From positions 1,500-65,499 of IMG/VR virus record IMGVR_UViG_3300050821_003047: a stretch of 64,000 bases of DNA; one strand, 5' to 3'. The notes under the pieces are model-generated. The model saw only the letters and a list, made by a program, of their open reading frames with translations. It made no database searches and was not told the DNA's origin. Of the stretch, positions 9,335 to 18,452 are shown piece by piece. The translations under genes were made by a program, and so were the position numbers. The stretch is from a virus. Lineage: Duplodnaviria > Caudoviricetes. How positions within the stretch are numbered: position 1 is the first letter of the stretch; every line of letters starts with the position of its first letter.

Positions 9335-9911
9335 GGTACAGCCATGCGCAACAGCAGGCGATGCAGGTTAGGCGGAATGCCGCTTGTGCGGCGTACCATG
9401 CAGTCGCCGGCATGAGCGAGATTACGACGTGGGCCAGGAGGACGGAGAATAGCAGGCCGGCGTTCCACCAGAACGGCTTCGGCCGTATTTGACTCCAACA
9501 GAAAACCGCGACCACTGCGATGCTCGCCGCCATCGCTATCCAGATTCCAGAACGGAAATAAGTTGTGATGTCGGGCCATTTGCCGAGGCCGACTAGGAGC
9601 GTAAGGGATACTCCAGTGGCTACGGCGCGCGCGGCGGTTCGTTTGCCCAGCGGGAGGCGGCCGGTGATGACGTGGCACGTTTCGATGCAGGCTGCGCATA
9701 ACGCCAGGCAGAGGACGACGCGCGACGGCCACCAGACGTTGGATACCCAGGCATGGTCGGTTGGATCTCCGGTGAGCATCAAGATGGACTGGGCGCATTG
9801 GACAAACGCGGCGATTGAGAAGAGCGGGAACGGCCGGCGGTGGGTACGCAACGAGACGGCGAACAGGGCGGCCCAGCCGGATATGTAGAGTACTTGGAGG
9901 GCGCTAGTCAT
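9243..9911 (-). CDS. multi-pass membrane protein
   Basis: About 6-7 hydrophobic segments from MTSALQVLYISGW. Confidence 0.6.
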   Translation of the reverse strand: MTSALQVLYISGWAALFAVSLRTHRRPFPLFSIAAFVQCAQSILMLTGDPTDHAWVSNVWWPSRVVLCLALCAACIETCHVITGRLPLGKRTAARAVATGVSLTLLVGLGKWPDITTYFRSGIWIAMAASIAVVAVFCWSQIRPKPFWWNAGLLFSVLLAHVVISLMPATAWYAAQAAFRLTCIACCCAWLYLSLHRSRLESCAKYAISARPHYSATSTHRF

Positions 9912-10065
9912 GTTCGTAGTCCGCACCAAGATAATACCGGTCGTTGCGCTCGTTGCGGGCAAGCTTACGTTCTAGTTCCTCGCACACTGCGTCTTCGTCT
10001 GACTCGCGCGTGATAATTTTTACCAGCATCGGCTTTATGCGCGCCAGTATGGGACCGTAATCCAT
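9904..10065 (-). CDS. hypothetical protein (probably leaderless)
   Basis: TACAAT lies 7 nt upstream of ATG 10065. Confidence 0.5.
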   Translation of the reverse strand: MDYGPILARIKPMLVKIITRESDEDAVCEELERKLARNERNDRYYLGADYEHD

Positions 10066-10138
10066 ACTCCGCATTGTACGCCAGTTCTGCACTTGCATCC
10101 TATGTGCGGCGGAGTACGTATCGGTTAAAGTAGTGCCT

Positions 10139-10429
10139 ATGGAGTCTTTGCCGCCGAATACAACCGCTCAACAGGACTTGACAACCGCAGGGCAGCGACG
10201 CGTGAATCTGATTTGGGAGTACACCCAAGCGCTCATTGCTGTCGCGGTTGTCATCTCGACCATGTGGGCCAGCATGTGGATGGTTTTCACTAAAGACACG
10301 AGCCAGATACCGACGATTTTTAGTTTTGCGTTCGGGACTATTGTGGGTTTCTACTTTAGTAGGACTAATCACGCGGCCATCGGTGGCGTGGGGCAGAAAC
10401 CACCGCAGGAGCCCTACATCGGGCGGTAG
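10139..10429 (+). CDS. two-TM holin-like protein
   Basis: GQRRVNLIWEYTQALIAVAVV...FSFAFGTIVGFYFSRTNH. 96 aa. Confidence 0.55.
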   Translation: MESLPPNTTAQQDLTTAGQRRVNLIWEYTQALIAVAVVISTMWASMWMVFTKDTSQIPTIFSFAFGTIVGFYFSRTNHAAIGGVGQKPPQEPYIGR

Positions 10430-10452
10430 CCGACGCGGCGGTAATTCTGCAC

Positions 10453-10481
10453 TTGCATAAGTACTGGGAACGTGGTACCGT
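10453..10481 (+). promoter_or_regulatory. sigma70-type promoter
   Basis: TTGCAT-N17-TACCGT with a TG extension, followed by AAGGAG and ATG 10508. Confidence 0.55.
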
Positions 10482-10507
10482 GACCCCGTAAGGAGATCCT
10501 AAAAATT

Positions 10508-11173
10508 ATGGCATTAGACCCAGCAGACCTCGATCAGGTCAAAAATCTCATTCAGAACTCGGTGACGGCGGCGATAGCGGCGGCCTGCCCGCGACCGGCC
10601 CAGGTAGCGCCTGTCTCGCGTAGCGCCGCCGAAGTGGGCAGCCCGGAATTCGCAGAAGACCGGACCCAAATCAATTCACTCAACAACAAGTGGATTTTCG
10701 AATCCGCGATGGATCGATATTGGTCGCGTTCGGCTCGTAGCGACGATCATTATGCCGATTTGCAATCGCGCAGCTTGGCTTCGCTCGACAACCTCCTGGA
10801 GATTGGCAAGAAGGTTTCGCAGAAGTTCTTCTCCAGCATTGACCTCAATGAGCGATCGCGGATGGGATTCGACTATACCACCACCTACGATCTTTCGAAT
10901 CCTAACACGCTTGGGACTTCGGACGTAGTCCGTGGCGCAGTGGATCCGCAAAACCGGGCCATCGACAATGCTACCGCATCCCTGAGCAACATTCCTTCGA
11001 TGGTACAGAGCGCCGTGGCGCAGGCATTCACCGACAATACCGTGTTCTCGGATGCGGTCAAGGGAGCCGTGGCCGATGCTATGAATGGCACGGTTCCCAC
11101 TCTGGAAGCGGCCATCGGTGCGGCGGTCGCTGCGGCGCTGGCGAACACGCCGGTAAAACCTACGGCGGCCTAA
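10508..11173 (+). CDS. hypothetical Ala-rich protein
   Basis: Has an RBS and promoter. 221 aa. Confidence 0.7.
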   Translation: MALDPADLDQVKNLIQNSVTAAIAAACPRPAQVAPVSRSAAEVGSPEFAEDRTQINSLNNKWIFESAMDRYWSRSARSDDHYADLQSRSLASLDNLLEIGKKVSQKFFSSIDLNERSRMGFDYTTTYDLSNPNTLGTSDVVRGAVDPQNRAIDNATASLSNIPSMVQSAVAQAFTDNTVFSDAVKGAVADAMNGTVPTLEAAIGAAVAAALANTPVKPTAA

Positions 11174-11199
11174 CGCCGCGCATCGACAAAGGAGAACGC

Positions 11200-11535
11200 A
11201 TGTCATTCCTTTCCGTTCTGAAGTCCATCGGCCACGTCGTGAAAACCGGCGTGGCCGATACGGCGCCTTTCGAGGGGATCATCGGCGCGATCCCGGTGGC
11301 CGGTCCCGCCATCACCACCGTTCTCGGGGCTATCACTGCCGTAGAGGGACTTGTGCCGCAAGCCGGAACCGGTCCGGCGAAGAAGGCCGCAGTTACGACC
11401 GTGGTTAACGCAGCGAATCCCGGCATCGATCCGGCTGCGTTGAGTGCGGCCATCGACGCTATCGTGGCGGCGTTCAATCAGATCGCCACGGCGAGCGCAA
11501 CGTTGAAACCAACTACTCCAGTGCCGGCTGCGTGA
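11200..11535 (+). CDS. Ala-rich amphipathic hypothetical protein
   Basis: AAGGAG RBS. MSFLSVLKSIGHVVK amphipathic N-terminus. Confidence 0.7.
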   Translation: MSFLSVLKSIGHVVKTGVADTAPFEGIIGAIPVAGPAITTVLGAITAVEGLVPQAGTGPAKKAAVTTVVNAANPGIDPAALSAAIDAIVAAFNQIATASATLKPTTPVPAA

Positions 11536-11593
11536 GGTAGGCTGGTAGTCTGGTGTGTGGATGTTGAATCGAATCAGAATACTGGAGGAACAG

Positions 11594-11782
11594 ATGAGCG
11601 CAGTTTCAACGGAAATCTCAAATATCAAGGCAGCACTCGACAAGGTAGTGGCCGCTGTGGCCGCATTGCAAGCGGCCGCCGCTACCGATAACCTTTCACC
11701 GGCTACGCAGTCCGCTCTCGACGCGCTGCAAACGGAAACAGACACTTTGGCGACATCAGTCGCGCCGCCGGCTACGACTTAA
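11594..11782 (+). CDS. small coiled-coil protein
   Basis: GGAGG RBS before ATG 11594. Confidence 0.6.
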   Translation: MSAVSTEISNIKAALDKVVAAVAALQAAAATDNLSPATQSALDALQTETDTLATSVAPPATT

Positions 11783-11800
11783 AAGCCAGTTGTTTTGGAG

Positions 11801-11860
11801 AGGCCGGCCACCCGCGCCCGTGAGCATCGACATGGAGCGTGTGGCGGTCGGCCTATTTTT
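11801..11860 (+). terminator. long hairpin with T-run (probable intrinsic terminator)
   Basis: AGGCCGGCC...GGTCGGCCT stem followed by ATTTTT. Confidence 0.5.
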
Positions 11861-12006
11861 ATGATCATCACCAAGATCCTCAAGCCGGAGAAGTTCAACG
11901 CCGAGACTTTTGCGCATCTCTGCTGGCCGGATTCGCCGCCGAGTCCGTTTATGATCGATGCGATGCAGAGAATTCTTGACGGATTGCTGGCAGAAGGCGT
12001 GATTGA

Positions 12007-12216
12007 GTGAAGCGAGCCCGTCCAGCGTTCCCATCGGAAGGCTATCCAGTTAAGAAAACTCCGGCTACGAAGCAGGTCCGGTGGAAAACGGAAACGTCGT
12101 CCATGCCGACTGAGATTTTAAACCGGGCATTGATTTGGGGATTACAGCAGGATCCGCCGATCCGGGGGAAGACGGAAGTGGTCATTGCGTTGATTGAAAG
12201 GGGATTGAAAGCATGA
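12007..12216 (+). CDS. small basic protein (RHH-like)
   Basis: C-terminal KTEVVIALIERGL helix. Confidence 0.4.
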   Translation: MKRARPAFPSEGYPVKKTPATKQVRWKTETSSMPTEILNRALIWGLQQDPPIRGKTEVVIALIERGLKA

Positions 12217-12286
12217 TCGATCTTTTATTGGCCGTGTTGTCTTTCGTCGTCGGCGGCACAAACGATTGATGTGATATTCTGCACGC

Positions 12287-12550
12287 ATGGGAATCGATAA
12301 ACTAGATCCGACGTTGAAGTTGCTATTCGTTGGAATGGTGTTCTTCACTGCGATTCTGATATTTATCGAGTTTCGATTTCGTACCGATGCCCAAGTATTC
12401 CAGGTTGTGGCGAGCCTTGTGGCCGGTTTCTCTGGGGCGTTTTTCGGACGCATAAACCCGCATAATACGGCTACGCCAGGGACTACGGAAACCACGCTGA
12501 CGACAACCAGAATACCGCCCGATCCTCCGCCCACTGTGCCGGGTAAATGA
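12287..12550 (+). CDS. two-TM membrane protein (holin-like), leaderless
   Basis: Two hydrophobic segments and a Pro/Thr tail. TGa-TATTCT lies 6 nt before the ATG. Confidence 0.65.
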   Translation: MGIDKLDPTLKLLFVGMVFFTAILIFIEFRFRTDAQVFQVVASLVAGFSGAFFGRINPHNTATPGTTETTLTTTRIPPDPPPTVPGK

Positions 12551-12551
12551 C

Positions 12552-12743
12552 ATGCCCTACACTCAGCAGCAAGTCCGATTATTCATGAGCGATGCGAGCC
12601 CGCTGAATGCTGTCGAGAAGGAGAAGGTTCGCGGGGAACTGCATGCTGACCCAAGCATGGGACACAAGAAGCCGGGACCCGAGGCGAACGACGAGAGCCG
12701 CAAGTTGTACGCGCGATACAAGAGCAGCCGCAAGGGATCGTAG
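12552..12743 (+). CDS. small protein with C-terminal YARYKSSRK motif
   Basis: MPYTQQQVRLF...; tiled between its neighbours. Confidence 0.6.
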   Translation: MPYTQQQVRLFMSDASPLNAVEKEKVRGELHADPSMGHKKPGPEANDESRKLYARYKSSRKGS

Positions 12744-12757
12744 TATAGTTTATTCCA

Positions 12758-13288
12758 GTGGCCGACTCGCCTCATGAACACTCCAGCACTCAGGTGCAGT
12801 TGCCGGACGACATCGCGGCGGCAATCAAGCGATTCCATATAAAGCCAGAACACCTAGGAGAAGAAGGCCGCGAGAAAGATCCCCATGTCACTGTGCGATA
12901 CGGTCTGCACGCCGACGATCCGGATGTCGTTCGGGATAAATTAAAGGACGAGACGCGCGGAGAGGCTAGGCTTGGAAAAACCTCTCTTTTTCAAAACGAT
13001 GACGCAGATGTTCTGAAGGTGGATGTAAATTCTCCGGATCTCCATCGGCTTCATGAAAAACTTGGTTCGCTACCACATACAGACACGCATCCGGATTATC
13101 ATCCGCACGCGACCATCGCGTATCTGAGGCCTGGAACGGGACGCCATTACGAGGGCAAGGAAGTACCCGGCGCAACCGGAGAAACCGCGCCGATCCACTC
13201 CGTTAGGTTCTCATCCAAACACGGGGATAAGGCCGATATTCACCTGAGTCCAGCGGGCCGCTATCGTAGCTATAGAGCGGCGAAATAA
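12758..13288 (+). CDS. 2H phosphoesterase (Acb1/LigT-like)
   Basis: Two HxT motifs: DPHVTVRYG and YHPHATIAY. Confidence 0.85.
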   Translation: MADSPHEHSSTQVQLPDDIAAAIKRFHIKPEHLGEEGREKDPHVTVRYGLHADDPDVVRDKLKDETRGEARLGKTSLFQNDDADVLKVDVNSPDLHRLHEKLGSLPHTDTHPDYHPHATIAYLRPGTGRHYEGKEVPGATGETAPIHSVRFSSKHGDKADIHLSPAGRYRSYRAAK

Positions 13289-13290
13289 AA

Positions 13291-15690
13291 ATGCCCAAGC
13301 GCCCCCCCAGTAAATTCTCATCCGCCGAGGCCCTACGCGCCGCTGAGCAAATCACCCGCGCACTGGAGCTCAAGGCCGATGCGGAATACTGCGAACAAGA
13401 CCTAAAATTCTTCCTCGAATGCGCATGGCCTTTTATCCAGCCAGGCGTACCGTTCCAAGACAACTGGCACATCTCCTGTCTTTGCGACCATTTGGAAGCT
13501 CTGACGCGCCGCGAAATTCGCCGGATGATTATCAACGTCCCGCCGCGGTCCTTAAAGTCCACCATCATCTCCGTGGCCTTCCCTGCGTGGCGATGGCTGA
13601 CGGCACCACAGGAAAAATTCCTCGCTGCATCATATGGCCTGACGGTCGCACGCCGCGACTCCCGCCGTTGCCGAAACCTCATCGCATCGCAGTGGTTCCA
13701 AGCGCGATGGGGAAGCCGCTTCCAGCTTGCTGGCGATCAAAACGAAAAAGGCAGATTCGAGAACGATAAGGGCGGATTCCGCATTATCGCTTCGGTCGAA
13801 GGCGGCGTCTTGGGCGAGGGGGGAAGCGTCGTCCTGATTGACGATCCGAACGATTTGGAAAAGATGAACAAAGAGCCGGAAACGTACCCACAGTCCGTGC
13901 GTGAGTGGTATTCCGGTTCGATGTCGAGTCGCAATATTGACCCCAAAACTGACGTGCGATTGTGCGTCCAGCAGCGCGCATCGTATGGCGGAGATCTCAC
14001 GGAATATCTGCTCGAACTTGGAGGATGGGAACAGGTCGTTATCCCGAACGAATGGGAAGGCGCGAAGACGATCGGGCCGCTAGGTTATGCGGACCCGCGG
14101 ACAAAGCACGGCGAGCTCATGTTTCCCGCTCGACTGGGGCCAGAGGAAACGGATTTAATCAAGCGCGAACAGAAAACCCACTACGCCGGCCAGTATCAGC
14201 AAAAACCGACCGTGGGCGGCAAAAACGGGCTGCGCCGCGAGTGGTTCCGTTTCTACAATCCGCCAGGCATGGGCGTGACGGACATGGACGGTAAGGCCGT
14301 TCCTATACGCATGTCGCTTGGCGACGGGACGTTCGCCAACATAACCCCGGTCGAGTTACCGCCCGCATTCGAGCAGGTGGTGCAGAGTTGGGATATGACG
14401 TTTAAGGCCGCGGACGAGAACGACTTTGTGGCTGGCCATGCGTGGGGACGAATCGGAAGCAACAGTTATTTGTTGGAGCGTGACACTGAGCATCGAACGT
14501 TCGTTGAAACGCTGGCCGCTATGCGCCGCATGGCAGAGCGCGTTCCGTGTCCCGAAAAATTGGTCGAGGACAAGGCGAACGGCCCTGCTGTGATCGACAC
14601 GCTAAAGAACGAGATCCCTGGCCTGATACCCGTCACACCATCCGGCGGTAAATGGTCCCGTGTTGCCGCGATCTCAGGCTACGTCGAGGCCGGGAACGTC
14701 CATCTTCCCAATCCAGACCTGTTTCCGTGGGTCTGGGATTTGCTGGCCGAGTTCGCCGCAGGGCAGGCCGCGAAGCACGATGACGATACCGACGCCATGT
14801 CTCAGGCCCTGAAGCGCCTCTACGATGCTAGTGCCCGCGCCGGCGTCCCTGAGTTCCGCATCGCGCCGCGGCTGGGAGAGCCGCAGAACGCGGTGCATAT
14901 CAGCCGCGATCGTGTGCCTGTCGATTGCCGCCGCTTCGTTGCCGCGATTCCTGGCCGCGCCGCTATTTGGGTTGCGGAGTTGCGCTCGGGTGCCTTGCGC
15001 GTCACCGCGGAGTTAAATTTGGAGAAACTGGATGCGCTAGTCGCCGGCCGCGAGATCGCGCGCCGCATCCTGCCGGATATTTTGGCGCGGGTGGTTCCGA
15101 TAACCGGCCGACGCCCAGGCTATGAGATTTTTCTGCCGAAGCGCGCCTTCGCCCCGATGGAGGCCGTCGGGTCATGGGCGGAAATGATGGAGATGGCGCT
15201 TTTGGCGTTCGAGCCTGAGGAAGGAGACTGGGATGGTCGCAACCGCAGCCGCGCCGCTCTCCAGTCGTCCCGCATTCGCACGGATATGGTCGAGGAAGAG
15301 GAAGGGGCAGCCCTGGACCGGCTCCGCGGGCTGCTAGCATTCCAACCGCCTGATTTCCGGTCACTGCCATACGATCGAGAGAAAGCGTTGAGGCTAGCAG
15401 AAGAGGACCTCGGAGAATATCACCGCTACTTGGGAATGGTCGAGGGCCGTGTCGTCGGCGAGTGGCCGAAAATCAAGATCCATCCGTCATGTACTGGCCT
15501 GATAGCGGATCTCGGAGCTTTTCGTAAGGACGTGCCCCCCGCGCCGTTCGTGGAGGCCCTATTGCTGGCCGTTTGCGCGCCCAGGACCGTTCCAGATGCG
15601 CCGGATATCCGCGAGACCGCATGGCCGCAGACAGGGCGTACTGCGGCGCGCGGTGCTACACTGTTGGCGAGGAAGTTCGCGAGGCGATGA
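13291..15690 (+). CDS. terL: terminase large subunit with long C-terminal extension
   Basis: IINVPPRSLKS (Walker A variant), VLIDDP (Walker B), YAGQYQQKP, nuclease VQSWD...VEDKANG...KHDDDTDAMSQAL, then about 280 extra aa. Confidence 0.95.
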   Translation: MPKRPPSKFSSAEALRAAEQITRALELKADAEYCEQDLKFFLECAWPFIQPGVPFQDNWHISCLCDHLEALTRREIRRMIINVPPRSLKSTIISVAFPAWRWLTAPQEKFLAASYGLTVARRDSRRCRNLIASQWFQARWGSRFQLAGDQNEKGRFENDKGGFRIIASVEGGVLGEGGSVVLIDDPNDLEKMNKEPETYPQSVREWYSGSMSSRNIDPKTDVRLCVQQRASYGGDLTEYLLELGGWEQVVIPNEWEGAKTIGPLGYADPRTKHGELMFPARLGPEETDLIKREQKTHYAGQYQQKPTVGGKNGLRREWFRFYNPPGMGVTDMDGKAVPIRMSLGDGTFANITPVELPPAFEQVVQSWDMTFKAADENDFVAGHAWGRIGSNSYLLERDTEHRTFVETLAAMRRMAERVPCPEKLVEDKANGPAVIDTLKNEIPGLIPVTPSGGKWSRVAAISGYVEAGNVHLPNPDLFPWVWDLLAEFAAGQAAKHDDDTDAMSQALKRLYDASARAGVPEFRIAPRLGEPQNAVHISRDRVPVDCRRFVAAIPGRAAIWVAELRSGALRVTAELNLEKLDALVAGREIARRILPDILARVVPITGRRPGYEIFLPKRAFAPMEAVGSWAEMMEMALLAFEPEEGDWDGRNRSRAALQSSRIRTDMVEEEEGAALDRLRGLLAFQPPDFRSLPYDREKALRLAEEDLGEYHRYLGMVEGRVVGEWPKIKIHPSCTGLIADLGAFRKDVPPAPFVEALLLAVCAPRTVPDAPDIRETAWPQTGRTAARGATLLARKFARR

Positions 15691-15849
15691 GCATATTATT
15701 GGACCCACAGGTAATTGAGATGCTTCAGCGGCGCGTGGCGGATAAACTCGTGAAATCCATCGAGGCTGTTACGCAACTCGTGCGGGTTGCCTGCGATGGC
15801 AAGAAAAATATCCATGGCCACGATGCGAATGCCGTTTGAGGTGAAATAG

Positions 15850-16311
15850 ATGGGTTCTCCCTCATATTGGGGTAAGTTAGTAAATTTCGAAGCGGCCCTA
15901 CGCAAGCCTGGGATGGTTGCATTTGGGCTATTCAACCCGGCCGACAACCTCAATTTCATCGCCACGTTTCCCACCGGACCCACTCAGTTTTCTCAATCAA
16001 CAGTGTCGTTCTCTTCTTCTGCGGTCATAGACACATCGACTGCGGACGTGATTACGATTCTCCTCACGGCCCCCGTCACCAGCATGGTGTTGAATTACGG
16101 TGGCGGATCTCTCATACCAACTGGGCAGCGGTTTTGGTTGCGGATCGTGGAGGATTCGACCGGCGGATGGTCGTGTGCTTTGCCATCGAATCTAAACGTT
16201 GACCAGTCCTATGCAATCGACATTGGCGCGAACCGGATAAATATCCTGCCGATGCGATGGAACTCTGTCAACTGGGAATTTTTCGAGGAACCGTTCTCGA
16301 TTCGGGTTTAG
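15850..16311 (+). CDS. putative virion/fibre-associated beta protein
   Basis: Beta-rich, with a LRIVEDSTGGW...P motif typical of fibre C-terminal modules. Confidence 0.5.
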   Translation: MGSPSYWGKLVNFEAALRKPGMVAFGLFNPADNLNFIATFPTGPTQFSQSTVSFSSSAVIDTSTADVITILLTAPVTSMVLNYGGGSLIPTGQRFWLRIVEDSTGGWSCALPSNLNVDQSYAIDIGANRINILPMRWNSVNWEFFEEPFSIRV

Positions 16312-18035
16312 AGCACCAGCCATCCGGCTCCATCCCAACGAAGCGAAATAGAAGCGTTTTGTACCGCAGCCTTGGCGGTGTAAATGTTCCCGCCGGTAGT
16401 GACACCGCCAGGGCTTCCATTTGTGAATTGCAGTATGATAACGCGACCCGTCCAACCGCCAAGTATCGTGGCAATAGCTGTCGTGCCCGTCACAGTGTAG
16501 TACGGGTAGTAGCTCAGGGAAATCGAGGTCGCCGCGACTATAGTTTCAGGTACGTTATCCACGCCGTCGTTATTTAGCATGGTAACGAGCGACCATCCAG
16601 ACGGGATGATGGAGGAATTCATCGCGGCCGTTTCGTTCTGGGTGAAATCGTTCCCGCTTATCACCGAATTGGCTAAGGCTCCAAGGGCAGAAACGGCATA
16701 TTTTTGATGGCCCCCTCCTAAAGTGTTCCCCACCACAGATCCCACAAGGTGAAACCCGCTCGTTCCATTCGCTAATTTTATGCCCGCTAGGCCCGCACTG
16801 TTGCTTCGGTTCCCGTCCGAAACGCTACATCCATTAAAATTAAGATTTTTCATAACAGCGCCTGGGTTCAAGACCTGCACGTTCTCTACTGCCGATCCGG
16901 CGATCAACATGCCGGTAAATGAAATCTCATCTATCGCCGTCGCCGTAGGATCAAAATAAACCGCGGGTCCCAAGCCGATCGTGCTCCCGTCCGATTGGTT
17001 GTGAATATGGCCGCCCGTAAAACGCACATTGTTTATAGGGAAGGCTGCGCCGGTGAACACGACTCCCAGATCGCGGACCGTATCAACCTGAATACCATTG
17101 ACTTTAACGTTTGCAATGTAATTTCCGGACGGGCTGAAGGAAATCCCGGAATCAGCAGAAACGTTAGTGTTATCAATAAACAATCCATCTACCGAAAGGA
17201 TGCGTATGCCATTCAACATCACGTTCGGGTTACTCGTAGGCGCCCCCACAAACTGACTATTCGAAACGAAAATGTTGTCGCATAAATTTTCCAAGGAGAG
17301 TCCCGCTGCGGCCTTAAACGTCATGTCGGTGTTGACACAGGAAACGTCGTTTAGGCTGCTACTCACCGCCCCTACGAGGCGCACGCCGAATTGTCCGTTG
17401 AAAATGGCGACGTGATCCATTGAAATCTGGCCTGGGCCGATATAGACTCCAGCACCGGACGTTGTGCCGCCCGTGCTTTGCGATATCCCTAGATTTTGCA
17501 TAGTCCAGGAAGCTCCCGCATCGTTGTGGAACAGATCCCCGCTAATATAATCCGTTGCCCTAGAAACCAGCAGCGTAACGTTTCCCAGCCCGGTAAACGT
17601 GGTCCGGTCCGAACTTGAACTGGCATAAATCCCTTGGTGGAATTGGACTGCAGCCATGAATTGTACGATGCCTTTATTGCCCGCCGTCACAACAGCTTGG
17701 TGTGCCTCGGCCCCGCCGCCGGTTGCCGATTCCAGCTTCCATCCCGCGCTGTGGTTGTTGGCTGGGGTAAATGTGAGTGTTCCTGATATTCCGCCGGCTA
17801 CGGCAGTTCCGCCTGAAATGAGTATTGCTTCGGCCGCGCCGCTTCCGGCTGGAATGTAGAGATAATGGCTTACGTCGTTTCCATTAACGCCAAGAGGGCA
17901 CGGCATCGACGGAGAAAAAGTAATGGTCGCCAAGACCCCGCCGGTCAATGTACCGCCAGGCGAAATAGCCGGGAAATCATATTGCCGAGTATCCAGTAGG
18001 GGCTTATCGCGAATTTCAGAAACCCAATCGATCAT
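16308..18035 (-). CDS. right-handed beta-helix (pectin-lyase-fold) tailspike/depolymerase-like protein
   Basis: Repeating N/G/hydrophobic beta-helix rungs. Lower GC. Likely start MIDWVSEIRD at 18035. Inverted relative to the late operon. Confidence 0.7.
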   Translation of the reverse strand: MIDWVSEIRDKPLLDTRQYDFPAISPGGTLTGGVLATITFSPSMPCPLGVNGNDVSHYLYIPAGSGAAEAILISGGTAVAGGISGTLTFTPANNHSAGWKLESATGGGAEAHQAVVTAGNKGIVQFMAAVQFHQGIYASSSSDRTTFTGLGNVTLLVSRATDYISGDLFHNDAGASWTMQNLGISQSTGGTTSGAGVYIGPGQISMDHVAIFNGQFGVRLVGAVSSSLNDVSCVNTDMTFKAAAGLSLENLCDNIFVSNSQFVGAPTSNPNVMLNGIRILSVDGLFIDNTNVSADSGISFSPSGNYIANVKVNGIQVDTVRDLGVVFTGAAFPINNVRFTGGHIHNQSDGSTIGLGPAVYFDPTATAIDEISFTGMLIAGSAVENVQVLNPGAVMKNLNFNGCSVSDGNRSNSAGLAGIKLANGTSGFHLVGSVVGNTLGGGHQKYAVSALGALANSVISGNDFTQNETAAMNSSIIPSGWSLVTMLNNDGVDNVPETIVAATSISLSYYPYYTVTGTTAIATILGGWTGRVIILQFTNGSPGGVTTGGNIYTAKAAVQNASISLRWDGAGWLVL

Positions 18036-18101
18036 TTTTGGTATATACCTTGGACTGATTTTAACGGAAAATGCTAAGATTAGCGCACGGGAGGGTATGC
18101 C

Positions 18102-18452
18102 GTGGCAAAAATGCCGCCGCCTGGCGGGGATGGACATGGGGTGGCGATTATCATCGGAGCGCCGAAGGACGGCAGCGGCGGCAAGATGCCTCCGCCAGGA
18201 TCGGATGCGCCGCAATCGGGCGGGAAGGCCAGTTTAGAGGAGGCCCATGTTATTCCTGCCGATAAGCACTGCATCGATTGCGAAAATTACTCGCCGGATA
18301 CGGGAGATTGTTCGAAAGTGGTCGGCACGCATGATCCAGATGACGCGTGTTATGACTTCTTCGAGCCCGTGGCGGATGACGAGTCGTCTGAGCAGCCCGA
18401 TGCGGACGATCAGCCTCCGATGGCGCAGGGTGCCGGCAACGGCGGTCAATGA
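18102..18452 (+). CDS. small protein with HiPIP-like 4-Cys motif
   Basis: HCIDCENY...DCSKVVGTHDPDDACYDFF. Confidence 0.6.
   Translation: MAKMPPPGGDGHGVAIIIGAPKDGSGGKMPPPGSDAPQSGGKASLEEAHVIPADKHCIDCENYSPDTGDCSKVVGTHDPDDACYDFFEPVADDESSEQPDADDQPPMAQGAGNGGQ

Noticed and set aside
13291-15690. Intein as the explanation for the long TerL
   Set aside because: No C/S…HN splice motifs or LAGLIDADG blocks. The extra length is C-terminal.
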